64,000 nucleotides of DNA from Spirochaetia bacterium (GCA_965203055.1 OZ241863.1:64001-128000); one strand, 5' to 3'; shown: positions 1 through 9,997, numbered from the stretch's first letter. The notes: a model not told the origin generated them from the letters alone. Translations and numbers: made by a program.

Positions 1-2
1 GC

Positions 3-1502
3 TCGTTTCGGCTGATGATCGTAGACCGTCACCCCGACGGCGCCTGGGACGTGGTGGACCGGGCCGTGAAGCCGGTGCCGCTGGGCCGCGACGTGTTCTC
101 CTCCGGGCGCATCGGGCGCGCTACGCTGACCCGCGGGCTGCAGGTGCTGGGCGGCTTCTGCGAGCTGCTCGCCGGCTGGCGCATCGCGCCGGCGGACACC
201 CTGGTGATCGGTACCAGCGCCCTCCGCGAAGCGCGCAACGGCGACACCTTCGTCGACCGGGTGGCGTTGCGCACCGGGCTGCGGATCGACGTGGTCGGCG
301 AAGTGGAGGAAAGCCAACTCACCTATCTCGCGGTACGCCGCGCGGTGGGCACCGAGCTGCCGGCGCTGCTGCGCGCCACCGCCCTGATCGTCGAGGTGGG
401 CGGCGGGCATACCACGCTGATCCTGGTGAAACGCGGCCACATCTCGGCCCTGCGCACGCTCAAGGTGGGCACCGTACGCATGGGGCGGCCGCTGCAACTC
501 GCCAGCGCCGATACCCCGCCCCGGCAGATCGTCGAAGAGTCGCTGCGGCCCACGCTGGCCGCGGTGCAGAAGGATCTGCGGCTCGCGCGGGTCGGCACCT
601 TCATCGCCATCGGCAGCGACGTCAGCCTCCCCGCCGAGGCCGCGGAGAGCCCCGGCGCCAGCCCGATCGCGCGCCTCAGCCGGGCCGACTTCGACCGGTT
701 CATCGAGGACTCCATTACCAAGCCGGAGGCGGACGTGGCGCGTGATCTGCAGCTCTCCTACAGCGACGCCGAGCTGTTGGTCCCGGGATTGCTGATGTAC
801 CGTTCGTTCCTGGATCTGACCGCGGCCGAGGAGATGTTCGTCGCCCGGGTAAGCATCCGCGAAGGGGTTCTGCTGCGCCACGGCGCCGCGCCGAGCAGCC
901 GGACGCCGGGCGAGCTGCGCGCCCAGGTGACCGCCAACGCCATCAGCCTGGGCCGGCGCTACCGCTTCGACGAACGCCACGCCCGGCAGGCGGCGCGGCT
1001 GGCCTGCCGGCTGTTCGACGCCCTGCAGGAGGAGCACGGTCTCGACGCCGACTGCCGCCTGCTGCTCAAAGTGAGCGCCATTCTGCACGACATCGGCATG
1101 GTGATTCGCGCCAGCGGCCATCACAAGCATGGCCACTACATCGTCAACAACTCGGAGATCTTCGGCCTCGACGGCCGCGACCGGGCGATCGTGGCCAACG
1201 TCGTCCGCTACCATCGCCGCGCCCTGCCGTCCCCTTCCCACGCCTCCTACGTGAACCTCACCCGCAGCGACCGCATCGTGGTGAGCAAGTTGGCGGCGCT
1301 GCTGCGGGTGGCGGACGCCCTGGACAGCAGCCACGAGGCGCGCGTCAGCGACCTGCAGGTGGAGAAGACCGAAGCGGAGGTGACCATCGGCTGCCGCGGC
1401 GCCGGCAGCCTGGAGCTCACGACGCTGGCCCTGGAGCGCAAGGCGGATCTGTTTCAGGAGGTATTCGGCCTGCGCGTGCGGCTGGAGCGGATGGCGCCGT
1501 GA
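3..1502 (+). CDS. ppx: Ppx/GppA family exopolyphosphatase with C-terminal HD domain (5' partial)
   Basis: Motifs GTSALREARN, EESQL, EVGGG, IREG and LHDIG...HHKH. The frame is open to the left edge (SFRLMIVD), so the true start lies outside the window. Confidence 0.9.
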   Translation, partial: SFRLMIVDRHPDGAWDVVDRAVKPVPLGRDVFSSGRIGRATLTRGLQVLGGFCELLAGWRIAPADTLVIGTSALREARNGDTFVDRVALRTGLRIDVVGEVEESQLTYLAVRRAVGTELPALLRATALIVEVGGGHTTLILVKRGHISALRTLKVGTVRMGRPLQLASADTPPRQIVEESLRPTLAAVQKDLRLARVGTFIAIGSDVSLPAEAAESPGASPIARLSRADFDRFIEDSITKPEADVARDLQLSYSDAELLVPGLLMYRSFLDLTAAEEMFVARVSIREGVLLRHGAAPSSRTPGELRAQVTANAISLGRRYRFDERHARQAARLACRLFDALQEEHGLDADCRLLLKVSAILHDIGMVIRASGHHKHGHYIVNNSEIFGLDGRDRAIVANVVRYHRRALPSPSHASYVNLTRSDRIVVSKLAALLRVADALDSSHEARVSDLQVEKTEAEVTIGCRGAGSLELTTLALERKADLFQEVFGLRVRLERMAP

Positions 1503-1511
1503 CTCGATTGG

Positions 1512-1538
1512 CTTGATCGACTTGATCGACTTGATCGA
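1512..1538. repeat. Tandem repeat (CTTGATCGA)x3 between convergent genes
   Basis: Three exact 9-bp copies read directly at 1512, 1521 and 1530. Confidence 0.9.
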
Positions 1539-1541
1539 GCG

Positions 1542-3224
1542 TTACAGCGCGACCGCCACCCATACCCCGAACAAGTGGTTGGTGGCGCTCTCGCCCTGCT
1601 TGAGGCCGCGGTTGTCGATCCGTTCGATGGCGTAGCTGACCCGCGCCTGCAGCTCCAGGGGCGACGACACCGGAACTCGCGCGCCGGCGGCGACCTCAAG
1701 TTGATAGACGTGCTCCAGCACCCCGGCCAGGAACGGGATCGGTCCCACGAAGGTGGCGCGGCCGGCCGCGTCGTAGCCGTCGTCCCAGATCGAGCCGTCG
1801 TCGTAGGGGCCGGGTTGCGGCAGCCGCGCCGAGGCGTTCCCGTGGCGGATGGCGCGGGCGGTCAGCTCCAGGTCGAGGCCGACCGCCGGCGTCACCAGCG
1901 CCGCCAGGGTCCACTGATCGGAGTTGGGCTGCAGGCCGTTGGCCAACGGCAGCGCGCGATGGGTGTAGGTGAGGTAGTTGATCGGCTGGTGACTGGAGTG
2001 GGTGTACACGTAGGGCGCCGCGTACAGGTAATCGAGGGTCACCGCTCCCACCACGCCGCTCGCCGCCGGGAGGGTCCAGGAGAGCGCCGCCTGCCCGGCG
2101 GTCTTGTTGGCGAACGGGCTGGGATTGAAGGTATCGCCGGCGAACAGCTGGTAGTCGTCGATATACAGGGAAAGCGCCGTACTCAGCCCCCACGGCAGCC
2201 GCGCCCGGGCCGCGACTCCGGCCAGCGTGTTGTCGTAGTCGCCGGTGAACGGCTCGGTAACGAACGCCGTCGGGAGCAGCGAATAGAGGCTCAACCGCGC
2301 CCCGAACAGCGTGCCGGAGAACGCCTCCAGGCCAAGCCAGGGCAGGGCCTGCCACTGCAGCGCATGCAGCATCAGATACTTGGAGGGAAACCCGGCATGC
2401 GCCGGCGGCGGCCGTACGCCGGGCGCGGTGTCGCAGCTGCGGTCCGCGGTGGCGCCCTTGAGGCGGTAGCGCTCCCCGTCGGGGCAGGCCGCCTGTTCGG
2501 CGACCAGATTCAGGAAGGCGGCGGTGTAGGTAACGCGGCTGCCGCGGAACACCGCGGCCACGTGCGCCGCGGGCGGGGCGCCGGCGCCCAGCACCACGCT
2601 GTCGTACAGCGGCGCGCCGAACGCTCCCTGCGCGAAGCCGCCCTGCACGAAGAACCGCCCGGCGGCGAACGCCGCCGTCGCCCGCAGGTCTTCCTTGCCC
2701 TCGAAGCGGGCGCCGCCGAGGGGGAAGTCGGGTCCCGCCCGGGGGAACACCGGCTGCTCCGCCGGGCGGTAGCGCAGCCCGGGCGCGGGCGCGCTCTCCC
2801 ACCAGTAGCGGAACGCGGCGGAATAGGCGAACCGCCCGAACGACGAGGTGGACTCCAGGCCGGCGCCGAACAGCGCCTGCTGATCCGCGCCGGCGGGCAG
2901 CCGGGCGCTGAGGCCGCCGTAGACGGAGGCCGTGAACGGCGGCAGGCCGAGGCCGCCGCCGCCGCCCTCCGGCAGCAGCTCGCGCAGATACGCGGCGGCC
3001 AACTCGCGCTCCGGTCCGGTCGCCGCGGCCTCTACCTGACGCAGCAACTCCACGACCAGTTGCGGCGCGTAGGGCCGCAACGCCGGCAACGGCGCCAGGT
3101 AGCCGCGCTGCTCCCAGATCGCCAGGTGGCGGTAGATGCGGTCCGCCGGGTCGTACAGGGACTGGGCCGCGGCCGGCGCCGCCGCGGCGGCCAACGCCAG
3201 CAGTCCGCTCACTACCCGCGCCAT
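1542..3224 (-). CDS. Secreted or outer-membrane beta-barrel protein, Wzi-like
   Basis: Signal peptide (MARVVSGLLALAAAAAPAAAQ), LRPY motif, PYVYTH and PNSD motifs, alternating hydrophobic C-terminal strand. Alternative TTG start at 3296. Confidence 0.55.
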   Translation of the reverse strand: MARVVSGLLALAAAAAPAAAQSLYDPADRIYRHLAIWEQRGYLAPLPALRPYAPQLVVELLRQVEAAATGPERELAAAYLRELLPEGGGGGLGLPPFTASVYGGLSARLPAGADQQALFGAGLESTSSFGRFAYSAAFRYWWESAPAPGLRYRPAEQPVFPRAGPDFPLGGARFEGKEDLRATAAFAAGRFFVQGGFAQGAFGAPLYDSVVLGAGAPPAAHVAAVFRGSRVTYTAAFLNLVAEQAACPDGERYRLKGATADRSCDTAPGVRPPPAHAGFPSKYLMLHALQWQALPWLGLEAFSGTLFGARLSLYSLLPTAFVTEPFTGDYDNTLAGVAARARLPWGLSTALSLYIDDYQLFAGDTFNPSPFANKTAGQAALSWTLPAASGVVGAVTLDYLYAAPYVYTHSSHQPINYLTYTHRALPLANGLQPNSDQWTLAALVTPAVGLDLELTARAIRHGNASARLPQPGPYDDGSIWDDGYDAAGRATFVGPIPFLAGVLEHVYQLEVAAGARVPVSSPLELQARVSYAIERIDNRGLKQGESATNHLFGVWVAVAL

Positions 3225-3292
3225 GGGCCGCAGCCGGCAGGCACGGCGCGCCGGCAGCGGGATACCTTCAGATTCCGGTGAACCTGCCGGTT

Positions 3293-3895
3293 TCAAGCGG
3301 TGGCAACCGCCGGTCTGCTATCTCGTTCCAGGTGTTTCACCAGACCAGGGAATTCGCGGCTCTTGAATAACGCCGTCACGGGCACGTCGTACTTGCTGCG
3401 AAGATTGTCGATCCCGCCCTGCCCGCGATCGATCAACCCCACGATGCCGGCGATCTCGTTGCCGGCGTCCGTCAGCCGGTCACAGGCAAGGAGCGTCGAG
3501 CTTCCGGTCGTGAATACGTCTTCTACGACCATCACTCTGGTCCCGGCGGGCTGTTCGTTTTCGATGTAGTTCCGCGTACCGTGTTGCTTGCGTTCCTTGC
3601 GAACGACGCATCCGTTGACCATCGGGTGACCCCGCTGCGCGGCAAGCTGAATGACGGCGGCAACCAGAAAGTCGGCGCCAATCGAGAGCCCCCCGACCGC
3701 GGTGGGCTGCCGCGGCAGACGATCCGCTGCGCGAAGCAGAAATTCGGCGATCGCCCTGAGCACGCTGCCTTGGAGCACGGCGCGCTTGCAGTCGAAGTAG
3801 AAGCTGGACTGCTGGCCCGTACTCAGGATGAACGGGCCGCCGGTCTGCAGGAGGCATAGCTCCTCGATACGGGTGCGCAGCTCATCCTTGTCCAT
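3293..3895 (-). CDS. pyrE: Orotate phosphoribosyltransferase
   Basis: F-x-LS-x-G...S-x-FYFD, RKERKQHG loop and PRPP-binding motif VVEDVFTTGSS. Confidence 0.92.
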   Translation of the reverse strand: MDKDELRTRIEELCLLQTGGPFILSTGQQSSFYFDCKRAVLQGSVLRAIAEFLLRAADRLPRQPTAVGGLSIGADFLVAAVIQLAAQRGHPMVNGCVVRKERKQHGTRNYIENEQPAGTRVMVVEDVFTTGSSTLLACDRLTDAGNEIAGIVGLIDRGQGGIDNLRSKYDVPVTALFKSREFPGLVKHLERDSRPAVATA

Positions 3896-3965
3896 CGTCA
3901 CGGCGGTGTCGCTCCTCCCTGGGGTGCCATCGGCAATTCTTGTAGCACGCATGCCGCCGGCGGCG

Positions 3966-4952
3966 CTACAGGGCGTCGCTCAGGGGCGGTACCCCGACCG
4001 CGTCGACGATGCCGGCTATGAACTCCTCCTCGCTGACCCGCTGCGCCTGGCCCTCGGCCTGCAGGATGATGCGCTTGCGCAACACCGGACCGGCGACTTC
4101 CTGAATGTCCTCGGGGGTGACGTAATCGCGGTCGCGCAGCGCGGCCAGCGCCTGCGCCGCCTTGTACAGGGCCAGGGAGCCGCGCGGCGACACGCCCAGG
4201 GCCAGGCGGCGGTCGCGGCGGGTGGCGCCCACCAGCGCCAGAACGTAGGCGCGCAACGACTCGTCGACGTGCACCTGCAGCACCCGCTGCTGCATCTCCC
4301 GCAAGGTGTCGAGGTCCGCCACCGGGCGGATGCGGGTCAACGGGTGGCGCGGCTGGCGGCCAATCCCCATCACCGCCCGCTCCGCCTCGCGGTCGGGGTA
4401 GCCGATCGACACCGTCATGAAGAAGCGGTCCTTCTGCACTTCCGGCAGCGGAAACGTGCCCTCGGCATCGCCGGGACTCTCGGTGGCGATCAGGAAGAAC
4501 GGATCGGGCAGCGGCCGGCTGGTGCCCTCCACGCTGACCTGCCCCTCGGCCATCGCCTCCAGCAGCGCCGATTGCGTGCGCGGCGTGGCGCGGTTGATTT
4601 CGTCCACCAGCAGGATGTTGGTGATGATCGGTCCCTCCCGGAAGGTGAACTCCCCGCTTTGGGGATTGTAGATCGACACCCCCAGCACGTCCGCCGGCAG
4701 CAGGTCGGGGGTGCACTGCACCTGCTTGAACATGCCGCCGACGGTGTTGGCCAAGGCCCGGGCCAGCACCGTCTTGCCTACCCCCGGAACGTCCTCGATC
4801 AGCACGTGGCCGCGGCACAGGAGCGCGACCAGCACCTTCTCGGTGACCTCGTCCTTGCCGTAGAACGCCGCGCGCACCGCCTGCGACACCTGCTGCGCCC
4901 ACTGCGCCACCGGCCCGCGGCGGCGCTCGCCGCCGCCGTTCGCCGGCGTCAT
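3966..4952 (-). CDS. MoxR family AAA+ ATPase (copy 1)
   Basis: HVLIEDVPGVGKT, QCTPDLLPAD, DEINRATPRTQSALLEAM and GTFPLPE. ATGA overlap with the upstream gene. Confidence 0.93.
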   Translation of the reverse strand: MTPANGGGERRRGPVAQWAQQVSQAVRAAFYGKDEVTEKVLVALLCRGHVLIEDVPGVGKTVLARALANTVGGMFKQVQCTPDLLPADVLGVSIYNPQSGEFTFREGPIITNILLVDEINRATPRTQSALLEAMAEGQVSVEGTSRPLPDPFFLIATESPGDAEGTFPLPEVQKDRFFMTVSIGYPDREAERAVMGIGRQPRHPLTRIRPVADLDTLREMQQRVLQVHVDESLRAYVLALVGATRRDRRLALGVSPRGSLALYKAAQALAALRDRDYVTPEDIQEVAGPVLRKRIILQAEGQAQRVSEEEFIAGIVDAVGVPPLSDAL

Positions 4953-6508
4953 TGGCCCGCTCCCCGCCGGCGCAGCAGGCCGCGCACCAGCCCCTGGAAA
5001 CGGGCGCTGCGCTCGCCGCTGGCGCCGTGCGCCGAATACACCAGCTCCTCGAACAGCACCCCCGCGGCCTCCAACTCGGCGCGCCGCTCCGGCAGCCGCG
5101 CACCCAGCGCGCGCACGTAGGCGAGGGGCGCCGCGCTGCGCCGAAACGGCACCCCGGAGCGCTCCCCCCAGCGGATCAGGCGCACGAACCCGCGCACCGC
5201 GGCGCCGTGGGCGCCGCGCCGCAGACGCAGGCGCACCGCGCGCCGCGCCTGCGTCTGCCGGCGGCGCTCGCGCGCCGCCCCGGCAACCGTTGCGGCCAGC
5301 CGCTGCGCGGCGCCGCGCGGCGCCGCCAACATGCGCCGCGCCACCGCCCGGGCGGCGGCGGCGGCGTGCCGCAGCCCGCGCGCAATGCCGCCCACCAAGG
5401 CGGCCAGCGAGAACCCGCGCAACAGCTCGCCCAGGTCGCGGGAGAACAGCGGCCGCACCAGAAATACGATCAGCCCGAGGCCCAGGGCGATCAGCAGCGT
5501 GACCAGCAGCGCCTGGAACAGGCGCGCCGCCAGATCGGACTGCTCCCCCGGTTCGCCCGGCAGCGCCATCGACTCGAACCCGCGCTCCTCCCCCGGCGAC
5601 TCCGAACCGGCGCTGCGCACCTGCGGCCGGCGCGTCTCCAGCGGCCCGTCCGGGGTCAGCAGGTCGTTCAACCAGGCGAAGAACGCTTCCAGGTAGCTGG
5701 CCGGCAGCGGCGGTTCGGCGCCCACCAGCGGCCAGGTGACCAGCGCCGCCAGCGCCGCGAACAGCAGCGCCGCGCCGACCCGCCGGCGCCGCAGGGAGGG
5801 AGGCAGTACGAAGCCGCCCCCGAAGTAGCCCTGTTCCTCCAGATAGCCGTTCAGCACCGCGGTGCAGGTGATCCCCAGGGCCAGGTGCAGCAGCACCAGC
5901 AGCAGCACGCCGGCCGGGATCCCGCGCCCGCCGAGCAGCGCCGCGAACACTGCCAGCAGGATCAGGGTCTGGAACCAGATGGCGACCCGCTTCACCTGCC
6001 GCATGCGGGCCACCGACTCGCCCGCCTCCGCCGAGTAGGAGCGCACCGCGGTGCGCAGCTCCCGGCCCTGCTTGCCGATGAGGAGGCGCAGGAAGATCTC
6101 GCGCTCGCGGAAGGCGCGGTGCAGCCCGAAGCTGGTGAACCACATGACCAGCACCAGCGCCAGGGCGTAGATCACCTCTGCCTTGGGCGGCAGCAGGTCA
6201 CCCGCGAACAGGTAGCCGCCGGCGGCCAGGAAGATCGCCGCGGCCAGGATCAGGATCACCAACAGCTCGCGCAGGCGCGGCAGCGCGCTGCCCAGCTTTT
6301 CCCTGTGCAGGGCGTTGGCCACCGCCGCCTGCGCGCCGCCGGTCAACAGCAGCACCAACACCGTGCCGGGCGGATTGGGCGGCAGCGCCAGATCCAGCAC
6401 CAACCGGCGCAGCAGCAGATCCAGCAGCACCAGAAACAGAAACGGGATGGCCGCCGCCAGCGCGGGGTGGATGGCGGCGCGGTACACCGCCAGCCGGCGT
6501 TCATCCAC
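4949..6508 (-). CDS. Multi-pass membrane protein, DUF4129-like C-terminus
   Basis: Several hydrophobic segments and a C-terminal 'LFEELVYS' motif. Lies in the MoxR/DUF58 operon. Confidence 0.6.
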   Translation of the reverse strand: MDERRLAVYRAAIHPALAAAIPFLFLVLLDLLLRRLVLDLALPPNPPGTVLVLLLTGGAQAAVANALHREKLGSALPRLRELLVILILAAAIFLAAGGYLFAGDLLPPKAEVIYALALVLVMWFTSFGLHRAFREREIFLRLLIGKQGRELRTAVRSYSAEAGESVARMRQVKRVAIWFQTLILLAVFAALLGGRGIPAGVLLLVLLHLALGITCTAVLNGYLEEQGYFGGGFVLPPSLRRRRVGAALLFAALAALVTWPLVGAEPPLPASYLEAFFAWLNDLLTPDGPLETRRPQVRSAGSESPGEERGFESMALPGEPGEQSDLAARLFQALLVTLLIALGLGLIVFLVRPLFSRDLGELLRGFSLAALVGGIARGLRHAAAAARAVARRMLAAPRGAAQRLAATVAGAARERRRQTQARRAVRLRLRRGAHGAAVRGFVRLIRWGERSGVPFRRSAAPLAYVRALGARLPERRAELEAAGVLFEELVYSAHGASGERSARFQGLVRGLLRRRGAGQ

Positions 6509-7727
6509 GGACCAGCTCCCGGCTGTAGCCGCTGACGGTGTGGCTGGTCAAGCCCGGCACCGCCAGCTCCTCCTGCCGCGCCTGATGGGTGCTGACCAGG
6601 AACACCTCCACGTCGTAGCCGCGCCGTCTCAGCGCCAGCAGCCGGGCGCGCTGCGCCTCCCGCAGCGGCGGCGTTACCACCGCGACGCGGGTACCGTTGG
6701 CGCTCACGCCGCCGCGCTGCGCCAGCTCCACGAAGCCGGCGGCCTGCTCGCCGGGTACCGCGTTGAGGCGCGCCAACTGCTCCAGCAGGTGGGCGGCGTG
6801 GGCGAAGCCGGCGCGCACCGGCTCTACGGTGCAATCGCCGGCGCCCGCCGCGGCGCCCGCGGCGGCGGCCGGACCGGCGGCCGGGCCGACCCGCCCGGTG
6901 GCGGCCAGCCCCACCTCCTGGCCGATCCCGACGAAGTGGAACACCAGCGAGGCGGCCGTCTCGATGGCCCGTTCGATCAGGTGGGCGCGCTGCGCCAGCG
7001 GGTAGTCGTCGGCGGTCAGATTGAGCAGCACCAGCACCGGGAAGTAGATCGAGGGCACGTACTCCATCGAGTACAACGCCCCCAGACGCGCGCTGGCCTT
7101 CCAGTTGATCCGCTTCGGCTCGTCGCCGGGCTGATAGTCGCGCAGCGAGCGGTAGCGGGTAACGTCCTCGTAGAGCTTGTTGAGCACCTTGAGACTGCCG
7201 GAGGGCAGCCCGCGCTTGTGCTGCAGATCGAGGGCGAAGATATTGGGATAGACGATCACCCGCTGATGGCACGGGAGCTGGGCGCGCCAGGGGAAGAAGC
7301 CGAAGGCGTCGGTCCCTGACAGGTCCACCGGACCCAACTGAAACTCGCCCCGTTCGCGCCCCTCCAGCTCGTAGCTGAAGCTGCGTTCCTCCCACGGTCC
7401 GAGCCCGACCACGAACTGCGCCGGCTGGCGCGCCGCGAAGCTGCCGATGCGGTCGGCGACGGTGACGAAGTGGATCGGCAGCGGGGTGCGGTTGCGCACC
7501 GTCAGGGTGCAGGTGAAGGGCGCGTAGCGGTTGGCATGCAGCAGCGGTTCGCCGCGCCGCGCCGTAACGCCGGCGCGCACCACCAGGGTGTACCCCAGCG
7601 CCAGGGCGCGGATCGCCAGCAGCGCCGCGGCCAGAATGCGCATCAGCGGCGGCGGGGCAAACAGCACGACCAGCAGCAGCAGCAGCGGCACCAGGACGTC
7701 GGGGCCCCAGCGCAGGCGGAGCGTCAC
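6501..7727 (-). CDS. DUF58 domain protein
   Basis: LRDYQPGDEPKRINWKASAR signature, RGEFQLGP...DAFG. GTG start overlaps the upstream stop (GTGA). Confidence 0.88.
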   Translation of the reverse strand: MTLRLRWGPDVLVPLLLLLVVLFAPPPLMRILAAALLAIRALALGYTLVVRAGVTARRGEPLLHANRYAPFTCTLTVRNRTPLPIHFVTVADRIGSFAARQPAQFVVGLGPWEERSFSYELEGRERGEFQLGPVDLSGTDAFGFFPWRAQLPCHQRVIVYPNIFALDLQHKRGLPSGSLKVLNKLYEDVTRYRSLRDYQPGDEPKRINWKASARLGALYSMEYVPSIYFPVLVLLNLTADDYPLAQRAHLIERAIETAASLVFHFVGIGQEVGLAATGRVGPAAGPAAAAGAAAGAGDCTVEPVRAGFAHAAHLLEQLARLNAVPGEQAAGFVELAQRGGVSANGTRVAVVTPPLREAQRARLLALRRRGYDVEVFLVSTHQARQEELAVPGLTSHTVSGYSRELVRG

Positions 7728-8689
7728 CCGGCGGCCTCGCCGCTCGGCGCCAGGGAGTGGGCGGCCAGCACTTCGTTGACGATGCCGTCGATCACCGCCT
7801 CCGGCTGCACGCTGCGCAGGAGCTGCTCCGGCTTCACGCCGATCCGCTTGAGCAGGATCGGCGGCGCCAGTTCGCACACCTCCGCCGCCCCGCCGGCCTC
7901 CTTGCCGCGGATCGCGGCCAACGCCTGGGCGCCCTGGTACAGCGCCATCGAGGCGCGCGGCGAGGCGCCGTACGCCAGCCGGGCGTCGTGCCGGGTACGC
8001 TCCACCAGGTCCAGGATCAGGTCCTCGATGGCCGCCGCCACCGGCAGCGCGGCCACCTCGCGCTGCAGCCGGCGCACCGTCTCCAGATCGGTGGCCGCCG
8101 CCAGGTCGGTGACCGGGTGGGTCAGCCGCCGCTGCGCGCTCAGCATCTCCTGCTCCGCCTCCGGCGTCGGGTAGCCCATGCGCAGGGTAAGGAAGAAGCG
8201 GTCGCGCTGCGCCTCGGGCAGCGGAAAGGTGCCTTCGAATTCCACCGGATTTTCGGTAGCCAGCATGAAGAACGGGTCGGGCAGCGGCGTGGTCTCGCCT
8301 TCGACGCTGATCCGGCCCTCGGCCATCGCCTCCAGCAGCGCCGACTGGGTACGCGGCGTGGCGCGGTTGATCTCGTCCACCAGCAGGATGTTGGTCACGA
8401 TCGGCCCCTGCCGGAACTCGAACTGGCCGGTCCGGGCGTGGTACACCGAGCCGCCCAGCACGTCGCCGGGCAACAGGTCGGGCGTGCACTGGATGCGCCG
8501 GAACTCACCTCCCAGGCAGGTGGAGAGCGCCCGCGCCAGTACCGTCTTGCCGACCCCCGGCACGTCCTCCAGCAACGCGTGCCCGCGGCACAGCAGGGTC
8601 ACCAGCAGCTTCTCGACGACCTGCTCCTTGCCGTAGATCACCGTACCCGCGGCATCGATGAGAGTCCGGGCCCAGACCTGCGCCTCCAT
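7724..8689 (-). CDS. MoxR family AAA+ ATPase (copy 2)
   Basis: HALLEDVPGVGKT, DEINRATPRTQSALLEAM and ATENPVEFEGTFPLPEAQRDRF. Confidence 0.93.
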   Translation of the reverse strand: MEAQVWARTLIDAAGTVIYGKEQVVEKLLVTLLCRGHALLEDVPGVGKTVLARALSTCLGGEFRRIQCTPDLLPGDVLGGSVYHARTGQFEFRQGPIVTNILLVDEINRATPRTQSALLEAMAEGRISVEGETTPLPDPFFMLATENPVEFEGTFPLPEAQRDRFFLTLRMGYPTPEAEQEMLSAQRRLTHPVTDLAAATDLETVRRLQREVAALPVAAAIEDLILDLVERTRHDARLAYGASPRASMALYQGAQALAAIRGKEAGGAAEVCELAPPILLKRIGVKPEQLLRSVQPEAVIDGIVNEVLAAHSLAPSGEAAG

Positions 8690-8755
8690 CCCCGCGCCTG
8701 TTGTACCACAGTCGCGGCCCGCGCGTGCGCCGGTACGAGCCGCCTTCCAGTACAT

Positions 8756-8793
8756 CCATGAAAAAACGATGGTCGGGTTATCTATTTTCATGG
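8756..8793. promoter_or_regulatory. AT-rich inverted repeat CCATGAAAA-N20-TTTTCATGG, probable operator
   Basis: Perfect 9-bp arms at 8756-8764 and 8785-8793, just upstream of the ATG at 8807. Confidence 0.55.
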
Positions 8794-8806
8794 TAGAACA
8801 GAGGGC

Positions 8807-9949
8807 ATGATCCCGCGCGTCGCCCTTGGTGAAGTCAGGGACCGGCTCCGGCGCAGCCCGGTCGTCGCCATCGTCGGGCCGCGCCAGTGCGGCAAGACCA
8901 CGCTCGCCCGGCAGTTCGTTCCCGCCGGGTCGGCCGGCTACTTCGACCTGGAGGATCCGGTAAGCCTCGCGCGCCTCGATCAGCCGCACACCGCGTTGCG
9001 GGACCTTGCCGGCACGGTCGTCATCGACGAGGTGCAGCGCCGGCCCGAGCTGTTCCCGATCCTGCGGGTACTGGTGGATCGTGACGAACCGCGCGCGCGG
9101 TTCCTGGTCCTGGGCAGCGCCGGTCCCGAGCTGTTGCGCCAGTCCGCGGAATCGCTGGCCGGGCGCATCGAGTACCTGGAACTGACCGGCTTGCAGGCGG
9201 CCGAGGTCGGCGGCGCCGGCCATGACCGGCTCTGGCTCCGGGGAGGCTTCCCGCGCTCCTACCTGGCGGCCAGCGACCGCGACAGCATGGCGTGGCGGCA
9301 GGCGTTCGCGCGAACGTTCGTGGAGCGCGACCTGCCGCAGTTCGGCGCCAATCTCCCATCCCGCACCGTCACGCGTCTCCTGGTGATGCTGGCCCACTAC
9401 CACGGCCAGCTCATGAACGTTGGCGAAATCGCCTCGGCGCTGCAGATCGGTCAGGCGACGGTGCGGCGCTACCTGGACCTGTTCGAGCAGCTCTTCATGA
9501 TCCGGCAGTTGCGCCCGTGGCACGAGAACCTGGGCAAGCGGCAGGTGAAGCGCCCCAAGCTCTACCTCCGAGACTCCGGCCTCTACCATCACCTGATCGG
9601 CGTCGCGACGCAGGACGAGCTCCACACCCATCCGCGCATCGGAGCGTCATGGGAGGGGCTCATGCTCGAGAAGATCCTCTTCGAGGCGGCGCCGGAACAA
9701 GCGTACTTCTGGGCAACGCATAACGGCGCCGAACTCGATCTGTTGTTGCTGGCGCGCGGCAAGCGGGTGGGCGTGGAGATCAAGCTGGTCGATGCGCCGC
9801 GGCGCACGCGGTCCATGGTTTCGGCGCTAAGCGACTTGTCGCTGGACGCGCTCTTCGTGGTATATCCCGGCCGCACGCGGTACGCGCTCGATGACCGCAT
9901 CACCGCGCTGCCGGCGCACGAACCGTTCCCGGCGGTCCCGGCACCCTGA
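8807..9949 (+). CDS. ATP-binding protein, AAA_14 plus DUF4143 type
   Basis: Walker A GPRQCGKTT, Walker B IDEVQ, ESLAGRI, RGGFP, KRPKLYLRDSG and C-terminal ELDL...GVEIK. Confidence 0.9.
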   Translation: MIPRVALGEVRDRLRRSPVVAIVGPRQCGKTTLARQFVPAGSAGYFDLEDPVSLARLDQPHTALRDLAGTVVIDEVQRRPELFPILRVLVDRDEPRARFLVLGSAGPELLRQSAESLAGRIEYLELTGLQAAEVGGAGHDRLWLRGGFPRSYLAASDRDSMAWRQAFARTFVERDLPQFGANLPSRTVTRLLVMLAHYHGQLMNVGEIASALQIGQATVRRYLDLFEQLFMIRQLRPWHENLGKRQVKRPKLYLRDSGLYHHLIGVATQDELHTHPRIGASWEGLMLEKILFEAAPEQAYFWATHNGAELDLLLLARGKRVGVEIKLVDAPRRTRSMVSALSDLSLDALFVVYPGRTRYALDDRITALPAHEPFPAVPAP

Positions 9950-9997
9950 CGTAGACGGCAGCGAAGCGGAGGGATACGGTGAAGAACGTGAGGGCAA

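Noticed and set aside
7724..9631. Apparent 635-aa MoxR fusion, and similar N-terminal extensions at 3966-6143, 6501-8489, 36642-40004 and 56344-57627
   Set aside because: The extensions overlap other real genes. Internal starts with stop/start overlaps give normal-length proteins.
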